A stretch of DNA of 63,447 nt, counting the filler, from Octopus bimaculoides (Eukaryota): assembly GCF_001194135.2 (NCBI RefSeq). It is 7 parts of 7 records of this genome, joined end to end, with 100 filler letters (N's around TTAATTAATTAA, not from the genome) between each part and the next. Parts side by side here need not be neighbours in the genome. Positions count along the whole stretch, not along the records: positions 22,949 to 39,012 come from NC_069002.1; 6 more parts are not named here. One strand, written 5' to 3'. The position numbers and the translations under genes were made by a program. Below the pieces are notes generated by a model. It worked only from the letters and a program-made list of their open reading frames with translations. It was not told the DNA's origin and ran no database searches. Positions 24,894-37,655 of this stretch are shown here, one piece after another. Within the stretch, counting starts at the first letter, position 1, and each line of letters starts with the position of its first letter.

Positions 24894-26544
24894 TGTAAGA
24901 ATTTATTGACAGAATTCTACCTTTTTAGGGAGATCAAACTAAGCAAAATGCTCCACTAACCTATGAGCAATTTAAAAGCTGAAAAGAAAAAGCAAAACAA
25001 AAAAGCAGGGAGAGAGATAGAACCCCAAAAGCTCAAAATAAATCAGGAGCGCAAAATAGACAACAGACATATATGCGCTTCACAATGAACGCCATTACAG
25101 TTTAAAAAGACGAAGCAGTTATCACAAAAAGTGCTCAATAAAGTATCGAAATATATTAAATTAGTTGGAGCTATTACAACGTCTGTGTGAAAAATGGAAC
25201 GGATATATACATATATGTATAAATGCATTCAGCTAATAATAGATCACTTATCAATGAGGTTTTTTTTATTTTTTATATTACTAACTCATTTCGAGCATGT
25301 CGCAATAATTGTAATCAAAAAATTCATTAAGTTTAATTTTCTTTTACTGCTTTTTCTCGTCGTTTAATCGATTAATCTTTTTATATTTTGGGGGGAGAAA
25401 ATTTTAATAGTTTAATTATTAGATTGTTATTCCTAATTATAGAAAAACCAAGATATTTTTTAATAACACTTAATGTTGAATAATGGACAAGGTCGTATAG
25501 AATTACTTTTAGATTATATATATGTGTATTCAGATTCTGTGTATATATATATACGTGAATGTATNNNNNNNNNNNNNNNNNNNNNNNNNNNNNNNNNNNN
25601 NNNNNNNNNNNNNNNNNNNNNNNNNNNNNNNNNNNNNNNNNNNNNNNNNNNNNNNNNNNNNNNNNNNNNNNNNNNNNNNNNNNNNNNNNNNNNNNNNNNN
25701 NNNNNNNNNNNNNNNNNNNNNNNNNNNNNNNNNNNNNNNNNNNNNNNNNNNNNNNNNNNNNNNNNNNNNNNNNNNNNNNNNNNNNNNNNNNNNNNNNNNN
25801 NNNNNNNNNNNNNNNNNNNNNNNNNNNNNNNNNNNNNNNNNNNNNNNNNNNNNNNNNNNNNNNNNNNNNNNNNNNNNNNNNNNNNNNNNNNNNNNNNNNN
25901 NNNNNNNNNNNNNNNNNNNNNNNNNNNNNNNNNNNNNNNNNNNNNNNNNNNNNNNNNNNNNNNNNNNNNNNNNNNNNNNNNNNNNNNNNNNNNNNNNNNN
26001 NNNNNNNNNNNNNNNNNNNNNNNNNNNNNNNNNNNNNNNNNNNNNNNNNNNNNNNNNNNNNNNNNNNNNNNNNNNNNNNNNNNNNNNNNNNNNNNNNNNN
26101 NNNNNNNNNNNNNNNNNNNNNNNNNNNNNNNNNNNNNNNNNNNNNNNNNNNNNNNNNNNNNNNNNNNNNNNNNNNNNNNNNNNNNNNNNNNNNNNNNNNN
26201 NNNNNNNNNNNNNNNNNNNNNNNNNNNNNNNNNNNNNNNNNNNNNNNNNNNNNNNNNNNNNNNNNNNNNNNNNNNNNNNNNNNNNNNNNNNNNNNNNNNN
26301 NNNNNNNNNNNNNNNNNNNNNNNNNNNNNNNNNNNNNTATATATATATATATATATATATATATTTAGGTATGTAGGTGTATATATATATATATCTATTC
26401 AGGTGTGTAGGTGTGTATGTGTATGTATGTGTGGGAAATATGCGTACGCGTGTTTGGATGGGTGTATGTATCTTTGTATGTGTGAATGTTTGTGTGTATG
26501 TATATATGGGTATGTATACGTGAGAGTACGCATATATGTCTCTG

Positions 26545-26599
<55 letters not shown>

Positions 26600-26648
26600 C
26601 ATATATGCGTCAATGTACGTTTATGTATGTTTATAAATGCAATGCATG

Positions 26649-26682
<34 letters not shown>

Positions 26683-27225
26683 TGTATGTATGTATGTATG
26701 TATGTATGCATGTATGCATGTATGTGAGTATGTATGTATGTACATGTGTTTGTATCAACATTCAGCTACTGTTAGACTTTAATTAGTATCCGTATTATAC
26801 TTAAGCTCACAGAATCAGATAATTCTTTGCAATTTTCCTTTCCTGAATGTACAATAAATTAATATTAATAGCTTCCCCGCTTAAAAAACAAACAAAAAAA
26901 CAACAACAACAACAACAAGAAAACAACAAAAAAAAAAAGAAAAACACAAGAAAAAAGAAGTTGTTGGAATGGTTGAGATGGTAGAATTTTGGGTTAAGTG
27001 ATTCGTGGTATTCCTCTCCCCACCCCCAGGTATACTGCTAATGTGTTCGGGCAAAGCACAAATGTATTAATATCCGTAAAGCCCATTCCTTTCCAGTTTT
27101 ATGGTCGGTAACTGGTAACCCGTTAATGGATAGTTCTGATTATGAAAGGTCGAATAACTGTTGACGACGCCATGAATTGTATTAATGCGAAATTTATAAA
27201 TATATTTATATAGGTATATATATGC

Positions 27226-27319
<94 letters not shown>

Positions 27320-27994
27320 ATGAGTATGTATGTATATGAATGAATACATATATATATATACATATATATATATANNNNNNNNNNNNNNNNNNNNNNNNNN
27401 NNNNNNNNNNNNNNNNNNNNNNNNNNNNNNNNNNNNNNNNNNNNNNNNNNNNNNNNNNNNNNNNNNNNNNNNNNNNNNNNNNNNNNNNNNNNNNNNNNNN
27501 NNNNNNNNNNNNNNNNNNNNNNNNNNNNNNNNNNNNNNNNNNNNNNNNNNNNNNNNNNNNNNNNNNNNNNNNNNNNNNNNNNNNNNNNNNNNNNNNNNNN
27601 NNNNNNNNNNNNNNNNNNNNNNNNNNNNNNNNNNNNNNNNNNNNNNNNNNNNNNNNNNNNNNNNNNNNNNNNNNNNNNNNNNNNNNNNNNNNNNNNNNNN
27701 NNNNNNNNNNNNNNNNNNNNNNNNNNNNNNNNNNNNNNNNNNNNNNNNNNNNNNNNNNNNNNNNNNNNNNNNNNNNNNNNNNNNNNNNNNNNNNNNNNNN
27801 NNNNNNNNNNNNNNNNNNNNNNNNNNNNNNNNNNNNNNNNNNNNNNNNNNNNNNNNNNNNNNNNNNNNNNNNNNNNNNNNNNNNNNNNNNNNNNNNNNNN
27901 NNNNNNNNNNNNNNNNNNNNNNNNNNNNNNNNNNNNNNNNNNNNNNNNNNNNNNNNNNNNNNNNNNNNNNNNNNNNNNNNNNNNNNNNNNNNNN

Positions 27995-28060
<66 letters not shown>

Positions 28061-28589
28061 TGAGGCCAGCGAAACAAAATTTGTTGATGCCATAAGCAGT
28101 AATTATTCTGCAAATAAAAATGCAAATAAAAATAAGAAATTTAGATTTCGTGAAGGTCCAACCGCATTTTTCTACCTTGTGGCCTTGTTATGATAAATAT
28201 GTACAATTTCTCTTATTTATTTCCGGCTGATGACGGTTCTGCTAATGCTTCGTAAAAATATCCATTATATTTTAATAATTAAGTATTTAATTATTTTGAT
28301 TCACCTAGTCTACATATTATATCGCTTTAAACCTACTTCTAGAGGATTCCTACGTTACGATACATTCCTGGGGTATTTTGTGATACATGCATACATACAG
28401 AATAAACTATGTTCAAATACACACCACTGAATGGCCAGTGGCGTTTATTTGTACAATAGACAAAGAAAGGTATATCAAATACTCTAAAATATTAATTCTT
28501 GGTTTATTAAAACTATCTCTGCTGCTAGAGGATTATCATGATTATCATTGTGTTCAACACTTTATGTCTAATTGTAAGTCCTTTGTCAC

Positions 28590-29330
28590 ACACTCACCGA
28601 GTCTTCAGTACAGGACCCCCTCCCTCCGGCCCTCTAGCTTCTTCACAAAGCTCTGTCCAGCCTCTCCTTTATGAAAAAAGTTCACAAATTCATCCTTCAT
28701 CATAATGGGAGGGGCCACAGTTTCCTCCGTCGGTGGCACAATTCCCACCGACGAGGTTTCAGGACATGCCGGCAGTGTACGACTAACCGCCGACAATGCC
28801 CCATTCTTCTTCTTTTTTTCCTCCCTTGTGCTACGGGAGGGTGTAGTTCCTCCGCTTTATCCGGAGGAGCTTCCCTCCTTCCCGCAGCCTTGGGTTTCTT
28901 CGTTGGGCAACTATTGTTGCCCACCTTCTTCCTTTTTCCCCCTTTTTTCGAGGAGGTGGAGACCTCCTCGACTGCCTCCATCTTTTATTAACTGTTCCAG
29001 AACCTTACTTTGGTCCTGGGGACAGTTCTTAATATGGCCCGGTTCCAGGCACAAGTGACACTTGGTGGGGGCATTCCTCAAGTATCACTGGTACCTGCAA
29101 CCGGCCATTTTCAAAAAATCTGGAAATACCAGATCTTTAGCGGCTGATTGGATCCATAGGGTCAAAACCGCTTTTGACCCTACCCAATAGTCGCCGGCAA
29201 CAATTCCACATTTAAAAGCTTGGTCCCGCTGACACACAGACCCCGGCGGATAGTGTCCTCTATCAATTCAGGTTCAATGCTCGGTGGCAGTCCATTGACC
29301 CAAGCTCTTGTTAATTTCTGCATTTATGTT
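28590..29330 (-). mobile_element. L1/Tx1-type ORF1 (gag-like) remnant
   Basis: Minus strand TRAWVNGLPPSIEPELIE (RRM-like), zinc knuckle CHLCLEPGHIKNCP near 29020-29060, then basic low-complexity KKGGKRKK (ORF 28700-28981). Confidence 0.6.
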
Positions 29331-29847
29331 CTGTGTCCCTGTCATTTTTTCTCGCCCCTTCCTTACCTAATTCTTTTGTCCCTCTGTATCTACCTCTCTC
29401 TCTTTTCTCTTCATACGTGACCGGTGTTCGGCCAAGTCTGACCTTTCTTTTATGGGGCGGCCGTTGTTCGTGCAACATCGTTATTTCTCCCTGTGCCTGT
29501 GAAATCTTGTATCCTGTCTGTAAGGCCTTATTTCCATATACGCCAGCTTAATTTACAAGAATTTCTGCATTTATCCTATATGCGATCAATCAAAATATGA
29601 CAAAATACTTTCAGAATCTTGCTTAATGGATCCAAAGTCAAATAAAACACAACAGCAGTAATGCTTGATATAAATATGCAAAACTGAAATACGAGATTAA
29701 AAACCTGATTGAATAAAGCTTTTTTTTCCTCGGTTAAGTATAACAAATAGTGTTAACGTTATAAGGATTTCGAAACACTGAGAGAGAGAAAGAGAGAGAG
29801 AGGGAGAGAGAGAAAAAGAGAGAGGGAGAGAGAGAAAGAGAGAGAGA

Positions 29848-29897
<50 letters not shown>

Positions 29898-29903
29898 ACG
29901 AAG

Positions 29904-30012
29904 TGCAAACATAAAAATGAAGCATAAGTAATGAGTTTCCTGGATTTTGGACAACTCGACTGATATTGTCAAATAAATTCGTGTTATTTGAATTAACACG
30001 AAAAAAAAATAT
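29904..30012. repeat. ~110-bp direct repeat copy 1 (copy 2 at 31567-31673) containing an 8-bp hairpin
   Basis: Three substitutions in the first ~95 bp; TTCGTGTT-atttgaatt-AACACGAA. Confidence 0.9.
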
Positions 30013-30812
30013 ATATGTGGATTGTNNNNNNNNNNNNNNNNNNNNNNNNNNNNNNNNNNNNNNNNNNNNNNNNNNNNNNNNNNNNNNNNNNNNNNNNNNN
30101 NNNNNNNNNNNNNNNNNNNNNNNNNNNNNNNNNNNNNNNNNNNNNNNNNNNNNNNNNNNNNNNNNNNNNNNNNNNNNNNNNNNNNNNNNNNNNNNNNNNN
30201 NNNNNNNNNNNNNNNNNNNNNNNNNNNNNNNNNNNNNNNNNNNNNNNNNNNNNNNNNNNNNNNNNNNNNNNNNNNNNNNNNNNNNNNNNNNNNNNNNNNN
30301 NNNNNNNNNNNNNNNNNNNNNNNNNNNNNNNNNNNNNNNNNNNNNNNNNNNNNNNNNNNNNNNNNNNNNNNNNNNNNNNNNNNNNNNNNNNNNNNNNNNN
30401 NNNNNNNNNNNNNNNNNNNNNNNNNNNNNNNNNNNNNNNNNNNNNNNNNNNNNNNNNNNNNNNNNNNNNNNNNNNNNNNNNNNNNNNNNNNNNNNNNNNN
30501 NNNNNNNNNNNNNNNNNNNNNNNNNNNNNNNNNNNNNNNNNNNNNNNNNNNNNNNNNNNNNNNNNNNNNNNNNNNNNNNNNNNNNNNNNNNNNNNNNNNN
30601 NNNNNNNNNNNNNNNNNNNNNNNNNNNNNNNNNNNNNNNNNNNNNNNNNNNNNNNNNNNNNNNNNNNNNNNNNNNNNNNNNNNNNNNNNNNNNNNNNNNN
30701 NNNNNNNNNNNNNNNNNNNNNNNNNNNNNNNNNNNNNNNNNNNNNNNNNNNNNNNNNNNNNNNNNNNNNNNNNNNNNNNNNNNNNNNNNNNNNNNNNNNN
30801 NNNNNNNNNNNN

Positions 30813-30865
<53 letters not shown>

Positions 30866-30879
30866 TATGTATGTGTGTG

Positions 30880-31062
30880 TGTGTCTGTGACTATCTTTGA
30901 GTCTGTGTTTGTCCCCTACCACACTTAACAACCGGTGTTGTTGTGCTTGCGTTCCCTAATCTACCGATTTGGCAAAAAAGAGACCCATGGATTAAGTACC
31001 AGGCTTTTTAAAAAATAAGCCCTGGGGTCGATTCGTTCGACTAAAATTCTTCAAGGTGGTGC
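30880..31062 (+). mobile_element. SINE family B, 3' half
   Basis: GTGTTTGTCCCC..ACAACCGGTGTTG..GGCAAAA..AAGTACCAGGC..CCTGGGGTCGATT.GTTCGACTAAA. Confidence 0.8.
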
Positions 31063-31359
31063 TTTGAAGTAAAAGGTAAAAGATTTTTTAAAAATAAAAG
31101 AGTCCGTGCCTCTTCTTTATCACTCATTGATTTAAACCTCAAATTTCCAAACCCGCTTTATCTTAAGATGATTTAGAAGAGATTGTCTCCCCTGTGACTG
31201 TTGACCCTCCACTTTCCGCCAGGGGTGCACCTCGTATTATTTTTTGTTGCTTTATCAACTTCGAGTTCCACAGTTAAAAACAAATTATAACAAATAGTTC
31301 TCTAATAAATTCAAATTGCAACCAACTGTCGAAATATCTCATTCTGGTCGCCAAATAAA

Positions 31360-31560
31360 AAAAGAAAGAAAAAAGAACTGCAGTTAGCATCATTGGTAGC
31401 TTGTCATGCAAATAAATATGCGACGTAGCGTCGATCATTTGGGAGAACTTATTAAGAAAGGAATTACTCTGTCTGACTTTACAACTGATTTGAAACTGCA
31501 GAGAACAAAATACACGGCATTTACGAAAGTTAATTCTAATGCTACATCCCTACTGACAGA
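31360..31560 (+). mobile_element. hAT transposase N-terminal remnant
   Basis: KELQLASLVACH-(frameshift)-RSVDHLGELIKKGITLSDFTTDLKLQRTKYTAF matches the hAT pattern ELxLAxxxAxH..SxDHL..LxRTKCT. Confidence 0.6.
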
Positions 31561-31774
31561 ATGAACTGCAAACATAAAAATGAAACATAAGTAATGAGTT
31601 CCCTGGATTTTAGACAACTCGACTGATATTGTCAAATAAATTCGTGTTATTTGAATTAACACGAAAAAAATATTTATATCGAGTGTTTTATGTGTTTTTT
31701 TTTTCTATATCTCTTTTCTTCGACTACAATTTTTATTTATCGCTTCCGAAACGTGAATAAATTTTACTTTTTTT

Positions 31775-31855
31775 CCAGACATTTGACGATGGAGCACCAA
31801 GCAGAAAAAAGAGAAAAAAAAAAAAAAATTAGAATTTAGAAAAAGAAAGAAAAAA

Positions 31856-31894
<39 letters not shown>

Positions 31895-32095
31895 ATTTTC
31901 GGCACCTGCTTCTCTTCGCTTTCAATCAAAGTTTCAAAGCTGTCAAACTCCGCTCGAAACATTTGTGCTGTGGACGAAGAAGGCGCTGTTACTGAAAGAA
32001 CTGCACGGAAATGGTTTTCACACTTGAAGGAGAGGAAATACGACTGCGCAGACTCTTTGCGATCCGGTCGATCTGTTCATTTCAATAAGGATATC
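31775..32095 (+). mobile_element. Mariner transposase N-terminal remnant split by poly-A/(GA)n
   Basis: FRHLLLFAFNQ..ARNICAV.EEGAVTERTARKWFSHLKE..DSLRSGR (HTH); homologous to the 5' part of the mariner at 49931. Confidence 0.75.
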
Positions 32096-32194
32096 TCTGA
32101 TTTTAGGGTTAATTCCTGTTATAAAACTACTACTGAAGTGTTGCATCAAGTTGTTAAAATGTTCTTCACTGATCTGGGAATTGATTTTGATTTC

Positions 32195-32633
32195 AGATTT
32201 TCGCACAAGACCAGCAATGTTTGAGGAAGGGGCAAGTTAATTATATGGACCCCAATGCTCAGCTGACATTTATTTTAACGGTCGTGAAAAGATAAAAGAC
32301 AACGTCGCGACCCCGGATGAATTTGAACTCAGAACAAGAAGACGGATGAAATGCTAAGCATTTAGTCCGGCGTGCTAACGATTCTGCCAGATCGCTGCCC
32401 TAATGAGGTAACTGATATTGGTTTCAAGTTTTGACTGAAGGCCAGTAATTTTGGGGGAGGGGGTAAGTCTATTAGATCGACCCCCAGGATTCAACTGGTA
32501 CTTATTTTATTGACTCCGAAATGATAAAAGGCAAAATCGACTTCGAACGAATTTGAAACCAGAATGCAAAGACGGACGGAATGCCACTAAGCATTTTGTC
32601 CGGCGCGGTAGCGATTCTGCCAACTCGCCACCT
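32195..32633 (-). mobile_element. Two tandem SINE family A copies; the second (32420-32633) has a ~19-bp TSD
   Basis: TAATGAGGTAACTGATATT (32401-32419) and TAATATGGTAACTGATATT (32634-32652) flank the second copy. Confidence 0.85.
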
Positions 32634-32739
32634 TAATATGGTAACTGATATTAAAAGCAGCTTTGCTATTGCACCATCATCATTATCTTCATCAGCCCCT
32701 GGACATTGCTGGCTCGAATCTTAGGACACATAGCGCCAG

Positions 32740-32960
32740 TTACTCGGTTTCTATGGCGTAAAAGTGACCGAGGACAAAGCATTTAACCCCACCCACGAAC
32801 GAGACTCGTGTTGCGGGGTTACCCATTTACTACTGAGTAGAGTAACATCAAATAAAGGGATTTGCTCAAGAAAACAATGTACTGACCGGCCTGAGAATCG
32901 AAACCACGATCTTATTATGATCGTGAGTATAACACCTTAGCCATTAGGCCACACGCCTTT
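32740..32960 (-). mobile_element. SINE family C-related (tRNA head, CORE-like TTGCTCAAG segment)
   Basis: Reverse complement begins GGCGTGTGGCCTAATGGCTAAGGTGTT..CTCACGATC..GTGGTTTCGATTCTC, similar to the head at 37345. Confidence 0.65.
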
Positions 32961-34619
32961 ACTTAATGGAAACAGACGACTTTTAAAAGCTTTGTAGTAT
33001 TAACAATTATCTCTATTCGTTAATGTAATTAAGTAATTCAAGTTTAATTTTCATAAAAATACATTTGCAACTTTTTAAATTTTGCTTGTTCTCATGATGC
33101 TGAAGAACTATCTTCTAAAATTGGTTCTATACGACTCCCCCCCCCCCAAAAAAAAGAACTTACGGCTGGTGCCACAAATCCTTACATGGATATACATAAA
33201 TCAACGATTCTAAAATCCATTTACGCATTATACTTAATGTATATACACAATAAATAGGCCAGTTACTGCAATATTTATCCGGAGATAATATCTCTTAAGG
33301 ACGTATTATGTTAAAAACATAACAAATATCAGAGGGAGACGAAAATTCCTCTCAGTAATAGTAGTAGTAGCAGCAGCAGCAGCAGCAGCAGCAGCAACCA
33401 GCGGCCTTTAAGCTATTTGGTGTTATCTTTCTTCATCTTGTTGAATTTATATTTGTCTTTGAGTGAATTATTAATTTTTGTATTATATTGTTCTTTTATT
33501 CGTAATTACAAACATATTACATTTGTCACTCTTACAGAATATTATGTTGTCCTTATCATTTAAGTCCTGTAGTGCTTTTAAAGTCATCTTTTAAATCTAA
33601 TTTTTTATTTATTTATTTTGTAGGACTCTATTAATACGTTCCACACGAAGTAAGGAGTCTTCAAGATTTTCATCTTCAAGTTTATAACCTTCAAGATTCT
33701 CATCAATGTTTTTGATGTTTTGGTTTTTCAAATTTCATAAGTTTTGGCATTGTAGCTTGATTTCAACATTTCTCTTGTTTTCGTTTTATTTTAAGTTGTA
33801 GGTGGATGTCCCTAGCGTGGGCGAGAAGTATGATTTAGTCAGTGTTGAATGCATGTTAAGAAACGAATTTATGTTCTTATGTAGGTAGAGAGATGTTTCC
33901 TTGGTACAGTCTACTTAGATTGTTTATGTTGTGTCTAATACATCTTCAGGGAATATTCTGTAGTTCATTGAGGGATGTTTATGTATGCGGGCAAACTCAT
34001 TCTCGACCAACGAAGATCGTGAAATCACTAAATATGCACATGCCGTTGATTTTANNNNNNNNNNTATATATATATATATGTATCCGTAAACAAACTGTTG
34101 TGTTGTATAAAGGAACTCAGAAAGGGCAATAGTTGTCGTGAATGTAGACTTTTACAAGTAAGAAGCAAACTGGATGAAGCAGACGATCTCGAGATAAATC
34201 ACGATAAAAAGCGCCAAGTGATGAAAATGCTTACAGGACAGTGCAACGTATATACATCCATAACAGACACACAACACAACACGCACATATATGTATGTAT
34301 GTGTGTGTGTATTTATTTTCGTATATACGTGAGGGGTAGAAAAAATTAAACACGCAAACGAACCCAACGTAATGACGGAAGAATATGGGAACAAAGTAAG
34401 AAAGACAGGAAAAAATTACAGTGAGATAAGAGTGAAGAGGGAGATAATTAAGTGAGTTAAGTCTAACTATTCTGTACTTAGAAAGTAATATATTTTTTTT
34501 ATTTCCATTTCACAATCTACTTTGGCTAGAAGAGATATTTATAAATACAAGACACTACGAAATACATTGAATGATTTAGTTTTTACTAAATTAGACTTGC
34601 CACTCAGTACTTGTGCCCA

Positions 34620-34641
34620 GATAATAATAATAATGATGATG

Positions 34642-34678
<37 letters not shown>

Positions 34679-34701
34679 TAACAATAATAATGATAATGAT
34701 G

Positions 34702-34750
<49 letters not shown>

Positions 34751-34791
34751 TAATAATAATAATAATAATGATAATAATGATAATAATAATG

Positions 34792-34835
<44 letters not shown>
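34620..34835. repeat. (AAT/GAT)n microsatellite
   Basis: Read directly from sequence. Confidence 0.95.
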
Positions 34836-34836
<1 letters not shown>

Positions 34837-34929
34837 TATACATGCATGTATATATACATACATGGATAAATATATATAAATATATACATGATATACACAT
34901 ACATGCATAAATACATACATACATACATG

Positions 34930-34961
<32 letters not shown>

Positions 34962-35348
34962 NNNNNNNNNNNNNNNNNNNNNNNNNNNNNNNNNNNNNNN
35001 NNNNNNNNNNNNNNNNNNNNNNNNNNNNNNNNNNNNNNNNNNNNNNNNNNNNNNNNNNNNNNNNNNNNNNNNNNNNNNNNNNNNNNNNNNNNNNNNNNNN
35101 NNNNNNNNNNNNNNNNNNNNNNNNNNNNNNNNNNNNNNNNNNNNNNNNNNNNNNNNNNNNNNNNNNNNNNNNNNNNNNNNNNNNNNNNNNNNNNNNNNNN
35201 NNNNNNNNNNNNNNNNNNNNNNNNNNNNNNNNNNNNNNNNNNNNNNNNNNNNNNNNNNNNNNNNNNNNNNNNNNNNNNNNNNNNNNNNNNNNNNNNNNNN
35301 NNNNNNNNNNNNNNNNNNNNNNNNNNNNNNNNNNNNNNNNNNNNNNNT

Positions 35349-35605
35349 TTCTCGACTTAATCCCTTTGTCTGTCCTTGTTTGTCCCCTCAATGTTTAGCC
35401 CCTTGTGAGCAATAAAGAAATAAGAATCGTTAGCGCGCCAGGAAAAATGCTCATCTGCATTTCGTCTGTCCTTACGTTCTGATTTCAAATCCCGCCAAGG
35501 TCGACTTTGCATTTCATCCTTTCGGTATGAAGCACTGGGATCGACATAATCCACTAGTCCCCTCCCACCAAATTTCAGACCTTGTGCCTTTAGTCGAAAT
35601 AATTA
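35349..35605 (+). mobile_element. SINE family A: tail of one copy followed by a second copy with a different tail
   Basis: TCGACTTAATCCCTTTGTCTGTCCTTGTTTGTCCC..TTTAGCCCCTTGTG then GAATCGTTAGC..TCAAATCCCGCCAAGGTCGACTTTGC..AAATTTCAGACCTTGTGCC. Confidence 0.8.
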
Positions 35606-36045
35606 TTTATATCATTCTTTGTTTTTTTGTTCTGCTTTTTCTAATTTATTTCTTTGTGTCTCCCTTTTCCCGATATCATAGTGGCTGAATATCACATGTT
35701 GCTCATGTTGTTGTCAGTGGTCGTTGCTTTTGTTGATTTTTTTTTCTCTTTTCTCTGGAGGTTTCACGATGTTTATCATGGCGGAATGTTGTTCACTTTT
35801 GCTAAGGAATGTTCTCCTTTTCCCTTGTATCCTTGTATACACGCACGCACGCAAGCACAACCCCCCCCACACACACGACAAACTCACACACATATATACA
35901 TACATACATACATACACATACATATATATATTATACATACATATATACATATACAAACACACACATATATATACATGTATATACACACATATATATATAT
36001 ACATACATACATATATATACATATATATGTACATGTCTATATCAA

Positions 36046-36114
<69 letters not shown>

Positions 36115-36827
36115 GCACATACCTATATATGTGTATATATACATACATACATTCATGTATATATATATATATATATATATANNNNNNNNNNNNNNNNNNN
36201 NNNNNNNNNNNNNNNNNNNNNNNNNNNNNNNNNNNNNNNNNNNNNNNNNNNNNNNNNNNNNNNNNNNNNNNNNNNNNNNNNNNNNNNNNNNNNNNNNNNN
36301 NNNNNNNNNNNNNNNNNNNNNNNNNNNNNNNNNNNNNNNNNNNNNNNNNNNNNNNNNNNNNNNNNNNNNNNNNNNNNNNNNNNNNNNNNNNNNNNNNNNN
36401 NNNNNNNNNNNNNNNNNNNNNNNNNNNNNNNNNNNNNNNNNNNNNNNNNNNNNNNNNNNNNNNNNNNNNNNNNNNNNNNNNNNNNNNNNNNNNNNNNNNN
36501 NNNNNNNNNNNNNNNNNNNNNNNNNNNNNNNNNNNNNNNNNNNNNNNNNNNNNNNNNNNNNNNNNNNNNNNNNNNNNNNNNNNNNNNNNNNNNNNNNNNN
36601 NNNNNNNNNNNNNNNNNNNNNNNNNNNNNNNNNNNNNNNNNNNNNNNNNNNNNNNNNNNNNNNNNNNNNNNNNNNNNNNNNNNNNNNNNNNNNNNNNNNN
36701 NNNNNNNNNNNNNNNNNNNNNNNNNNNNNNNNNNNNNNNNNNNNNNNNNNNNNNNNNNNNNNNNNNNNNNNNNNNNNNNNNNNNNNNNNNNNNNNNNNNN
36801 NNNNNNNNNNNNNNNNNNNNNNNNNNN

Positions 36828-37330
36828 GACCACGACGATGACGACGACGACGACCACCACCACCACTACAAACACTTCTATAGTCACTATTACTACCAAT
36901 ACACTGTTATATTCACTACTACCTCCAACACACTTCGACAGTCAACACTACCACCAACACAAAACACCTAAAACACAACGGCATCGCTCACTACCACCAT
37001 ACACTACAACATACACCATCACACCACTATCAAACAGATAGTGGTAGGGGTTATGGTGGCAGTGATTACGACAGTAATAGTATTGGCGGTAGTTGATTGT
37101 AGTGGTAGTGATGGTTGTGATGTTTGTGATGGTTGTGCTTGAGATTAATGATGTTGTGGTGCTGATGCTGTGGCTCTTCTGTGGTTGTGATGATTGTAGC
37201 GGCGGCGTTTGTGTTAGTGGTAGCGGTAGTAGTACTGATAGCAGTATTTGCAGTGGTATAACTGGTGGTGAAACCATATGTTATGTGGTTGGTGTTGGCA
37301 AGAGTAATGGTCGTAGTGTTTTTGTATTTG
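36828..37330. repeat. Low-complexity (GAC/CAC/ACT)-rich then (GTG/GAT/GTA)-rich triplet region
   Basis: Read directly from sequence. Confidence 0.8.
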
Positions 37331-37344
37331 TGGTGTGAATGCGC

Positions 37345-37655
37345 GTGGCTTCGTGGTTAGGGTAATCGACTCACGATCATAAGACCGTGAGTTTAATTCC
37401 CGATGGTTGCATCCTAAAGCAAGACACTTTATTTCACGTAGCTCCTGTCTGTTCAGTAGGCACAAATGAGTCGTACCTGTATTTCAAAGAGGCCAGGCTT
37501 GTCACCATCTGCGTCATGCTGAATCTCCTTTAGAACTACGTTAAGAGTACGCGTCTCTGTGGAGTTCTCAGCCACTTGCACGTTAATTTCACGAGCAGGC
37601 TGTAACGTTGATCGGATTACCTAGAACTCGCGTCGTCGTAACCGACGGAGTGCCT
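37345..37655 (+). mobile_element. SINE family C, near full length
   Basis: Head CGTGGCTTCGTGGTTAGGGTAATCGACTCACGATCATAAGACCGTGAGTTTAATTCCC; the tail CTACGTTAAG.GTAC.CGT.TCTGTGGAG..TTTCACGAGCAGGCTGT..CGTCGTCGTAACCGACGGAGT is shared with 61694-61815. Confidence 0.85.

Noticed and set aside
33358-33400. (TAG)n-(CAG)n run suggesting a polyQ or polyS exon
   Set aside because: Flanking frames are AT-rich and non-coding-like, with no supported splice pair.
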